Shown here: one piece after another, positions 61,476-64,000 of the stretch
Numbering within the stretch: position 1 is the stretch's first letter
How the letters are laid out: every line of letters begins with the position of its first letter
Source: Tubulanus polymorphus
Lineage: Eukaryota > Animalia > Nemertea
DNA length: 64,000 nt
NCBI RefSeq assembly: GCF_964204645.1
Contig: NC_134029.1
Coordinates: 21,384,950-21,448,949 of the forward strand
Direction: 5' to 3'
Program-made: the position numbers and the translations under genes
The notes under the pieces: generated by a model
Told to the model about the DNA's origin: nothing
Database searches by the model: none
The model's input: only the letters and a program-made list of their open reading frames with translations

Positions 61476-63874
61476 TTAGATTTCTTCATCGTCGAGTGTA
61501 AGGCGCTGTTTGCTACCAAAATTCACCTCTGAAATGAAGAAAAGCACAGAATATTTGAAACCTGTTTGAACCAGGCAATCGTGTACACTTATAAGTCTCC
61601 AGTGAAGCACAGAGAAGCTTAGCGATGCAGTGACGGTACTCCGATCAACCACAAGACCCTTTTTCACGTAATTGGTGGAAAAGTTCTCTTTATTCTCGCC
61701 ACCATGATTGACCACTACAAAAAATATTTACAACAAAACACCCAGTGTAGGATTTACATACGGTGCAGCATACAAAGGGCTAACTTAATATCTAAATAAT
61801 AATATACAGTAGACTCCATTCTACTCGATTAGGTTGGGACTTTCAGATAGAGTGAGAAGATTTAGGATCCAAGAAAAAGGTTTTTGCTACTTGTAGGGTT
61901 GAGGAATCAACTGTATATTAGACACGTACTATAGAATCAAACTCACAATGCTAGATAATAGCGCTTCTATCTGAACTGTGTGTATCGTGAACACACAAGT
62001 TTTCACAAATTGCTGAAATTCAATGCCGAAAATTTCATTTTCACGTGAAAATAAATATGTTTGACTAAAAATAAAACGAACCTATATCGCACAGTTCGGC
62101 TAACAAAATCGAAACAAAAAATTGAGTTTAACAATAACAAAAACACAAATTCTTACAAAAATCAACAGATACAATTAATAATTTAAGGTTTGTGGAGATG
62201 AGATTCTACTTCGATTTAGTAGTTTAATATTTGATTCTTACCCTCCGGGTGATTCGATCGGTACTTAACGCTGGATTGATGCGAAAAGTTCCGCGATGCT
62301 ATGAGAGCCGTTTGCGATGTAGCTGATTTACTGCTCGCTAGACTGTTGCGTCTGCTTTGAATATAGGTCGATACGCTGAAAAACATACGTAAGAGTAGTC
62401 AATATATCAGTAGTCCTTTTCATTTCACATTTTCTCACCAACCAGAACACGGCTTAATATGACTATGAAATTATGGGTCATCATTATTTCCAAGATGAGT
62501 TCATGTCAAGCAAAAAACAAAATGGCAACTTATTCAACTGGAGAAAATTAGGATCTAGATAGGTCAAGGATAAGTAGTAATAGTTTAGGATCTGGCATCG
62601 TTGACTCTTGTAGTTAGAACACAACGCTACCACAGCGTACTTGCAAGTTCGCATCCCAATTTTTGTGATTGCTCAGATTTTTTAAAAGAGTCCAGCGGAT
62701 TCTTGCGTACACATCGAGGCAACTCATCTTAGAAGCAATGATGACCAGATTTATGCAGCTACAATGTATGCAAGACATTTAGGAACATATCTTTTCTTGA
62801 TTAATTAGGAACAGAATTTGGTATTAAGGATTCCTTTGTATTCATATGCCTGCAAACTTACTGATTAATCAAATCTTCCAATAATTCCATATAATGTTCG
62901 AACTCTCTTTTTCCAAATTCCTAAAAAAATGAGACAGTAAATTTCAGATACTGCCGTATTTGAGTTAATCAGGTTGAAAAAACAGTCATCTATTTCCAAA
63001 TAGAATTACAGTAGTCGAAACATAGTGAGTGGGTTTTTGATGGACTTACAGCTGGATCATGTCTCGCATGCTCATAAACATCAGCAAAATCGTGAATTAA
63101 ATCCGTCTTGATTCCTTTTAAAGGTCCCGACTGTAGCGTTGTCAAATAATAACGTAAGTTCTGACCAGGTTTTCGGACCAATGTCCGGTCATAATAGCGA
63201 ATTTCCTGATCTAAAATACAGTTCCATAATGAAGATCATTGAAGAATGAAGATCATTGTGTCGTATTGAAATTTCTAAAATCTTGAGCTTCATTTTTTTT
63301 AAGCTTTTACCTAATGAGGTCAACGAATCCATAGCTTTCATTCTGTACAAAAAATGCGTATCTAAAAACGAATCGAAAATTAAGGCCAAGACATTTCAAA
63401 TGTTAAGGTTTTTGTGTCCAAATCGTCCAAGTAATCCAAGTACAGTAAACCTCACATAACTCAGACACGATGGGACTGGCATAATTGGCCCAAAAAATGA
63501 TTTCATTTTTTGTTCAAGTTGGCCATATGCGAGTAAGGTGAGATTTTACTGTGGTTACGGCTCCAATTGTTTCTGCTAACCTTTCTCCCCGGTTTTAAGC
63601 GCCTCGGTATATTTTTGGCAAAGTAATTTAGGCTCCACTTTGATATCGGCCACTCGACGTAATCTTGATTCAATTTCTTGTTTTAATGCCTACAATACAT
63701 AAAATATTACAGTCAATATATCATTATTTAATGAGATTCGTTGAGGGAATGAAATATAAAATCTGTACTCACGAAGGGAGCGTCTGCCCCGATTGCGCTG
63801 TGTGGAATTCGACTAGCACGGATTGTAAACCGGGTTATTTGACGTTTCACGAATAAGAACAAGATCAACGACAC
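61476..63874 (-). CDS. C1orf43: C1orf43 / NICE-3 family protein; 5' end outside window
   Basis: Exons 63874-63773 (LFLFVKRQITRF..PHSAIGADAP), 63689-63581 (LKQEIESRLRRVADIKVEPKLL), 63361-63311 (YRMKAMD), 63210-63050 (GQNLRYYL..YEHARH), 62920-62862, 62375-62242, 61714-61476. Motifs match my recollection of human C1orf43 (FIFVKRQIMRF, EPQLL, YRMKALD). The structure of the last exon is uncertain. Confidence 0.85.
61807..61913. mobile_element. Diverged pogo/Tc1-type MITE
   Basis: TA|CAGTAGACTCC ... GGAATCAACTG|TA. Confidence 0.5.
63443..63551. mobile_element. pogo/Tc1-type MITE related to 33222-33319
   Basis: TA|CAGTAAACCTCACATAACTC ... GAGTAAGGTGAGATTTTACTG. Confidence 0.65.
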
Positions 63875-64000
63875 CTAGAAATAATAAACCAATCTCTAAA
63901 GCGAAGTGAGCGCAATTTTGGTCGCCTACGAATAATTTATGAAACTCATATCATAATTTATGAAATGTATGTCCAAGGCTCGAATTTAGTCTCAGGGCTC

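Noticed and set aside
62613-62758. Possible alternative terminal exon of C1orf43 (CINLVII...VVF*)
   Set aside because: It has an in-phase acceptor and an open frame, but no homology support and no phase-compatible donor; it cannot be supported without transcripts.

Overview
AT-rich, intron-containing animal (bilaterian invertebrate) genomic DNA with seven protein-coding genes. I assembled them by hand from GT-AG splice sites and frame/phase consistency. They are: Islet LIM-homeobox (-, 3' exons not found in the window), a 14-finger C2H2 zinc-finger gene with a polyQ/His tail (-), a ZDHHC2/15/20-type palmitoyltransferase (-), a SLAIN-motif +TIP protein (-), a soluble monofunctional peptidylglycine alpha-hydroxylating monooxygenase PHM (+), stomatin-like protein 2 (+) and a C1orf43/NICE-3 homolog (-, 5' end outside the window). 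Many short MITE-like foldback elements and a 3'UTR minisatellite are also present. The standout is in PHM: one 65-nt exon occurs as three tandem diverged copies (54219-54283, 54891-54955, 55185-55249) that can only be used one at a time. One intronic site downstream of the cluster (55677-55701) can pair with either of two sequences lying after copy a and copy b, which is a Dscam/14-3-3-style docking-selector architecture. The swapped exon aligns to the strand carrying putative substrate-pocket residues, suggesting splice-switched specificity of neuropeptide amidation. None of this is confirmed by transcript data.
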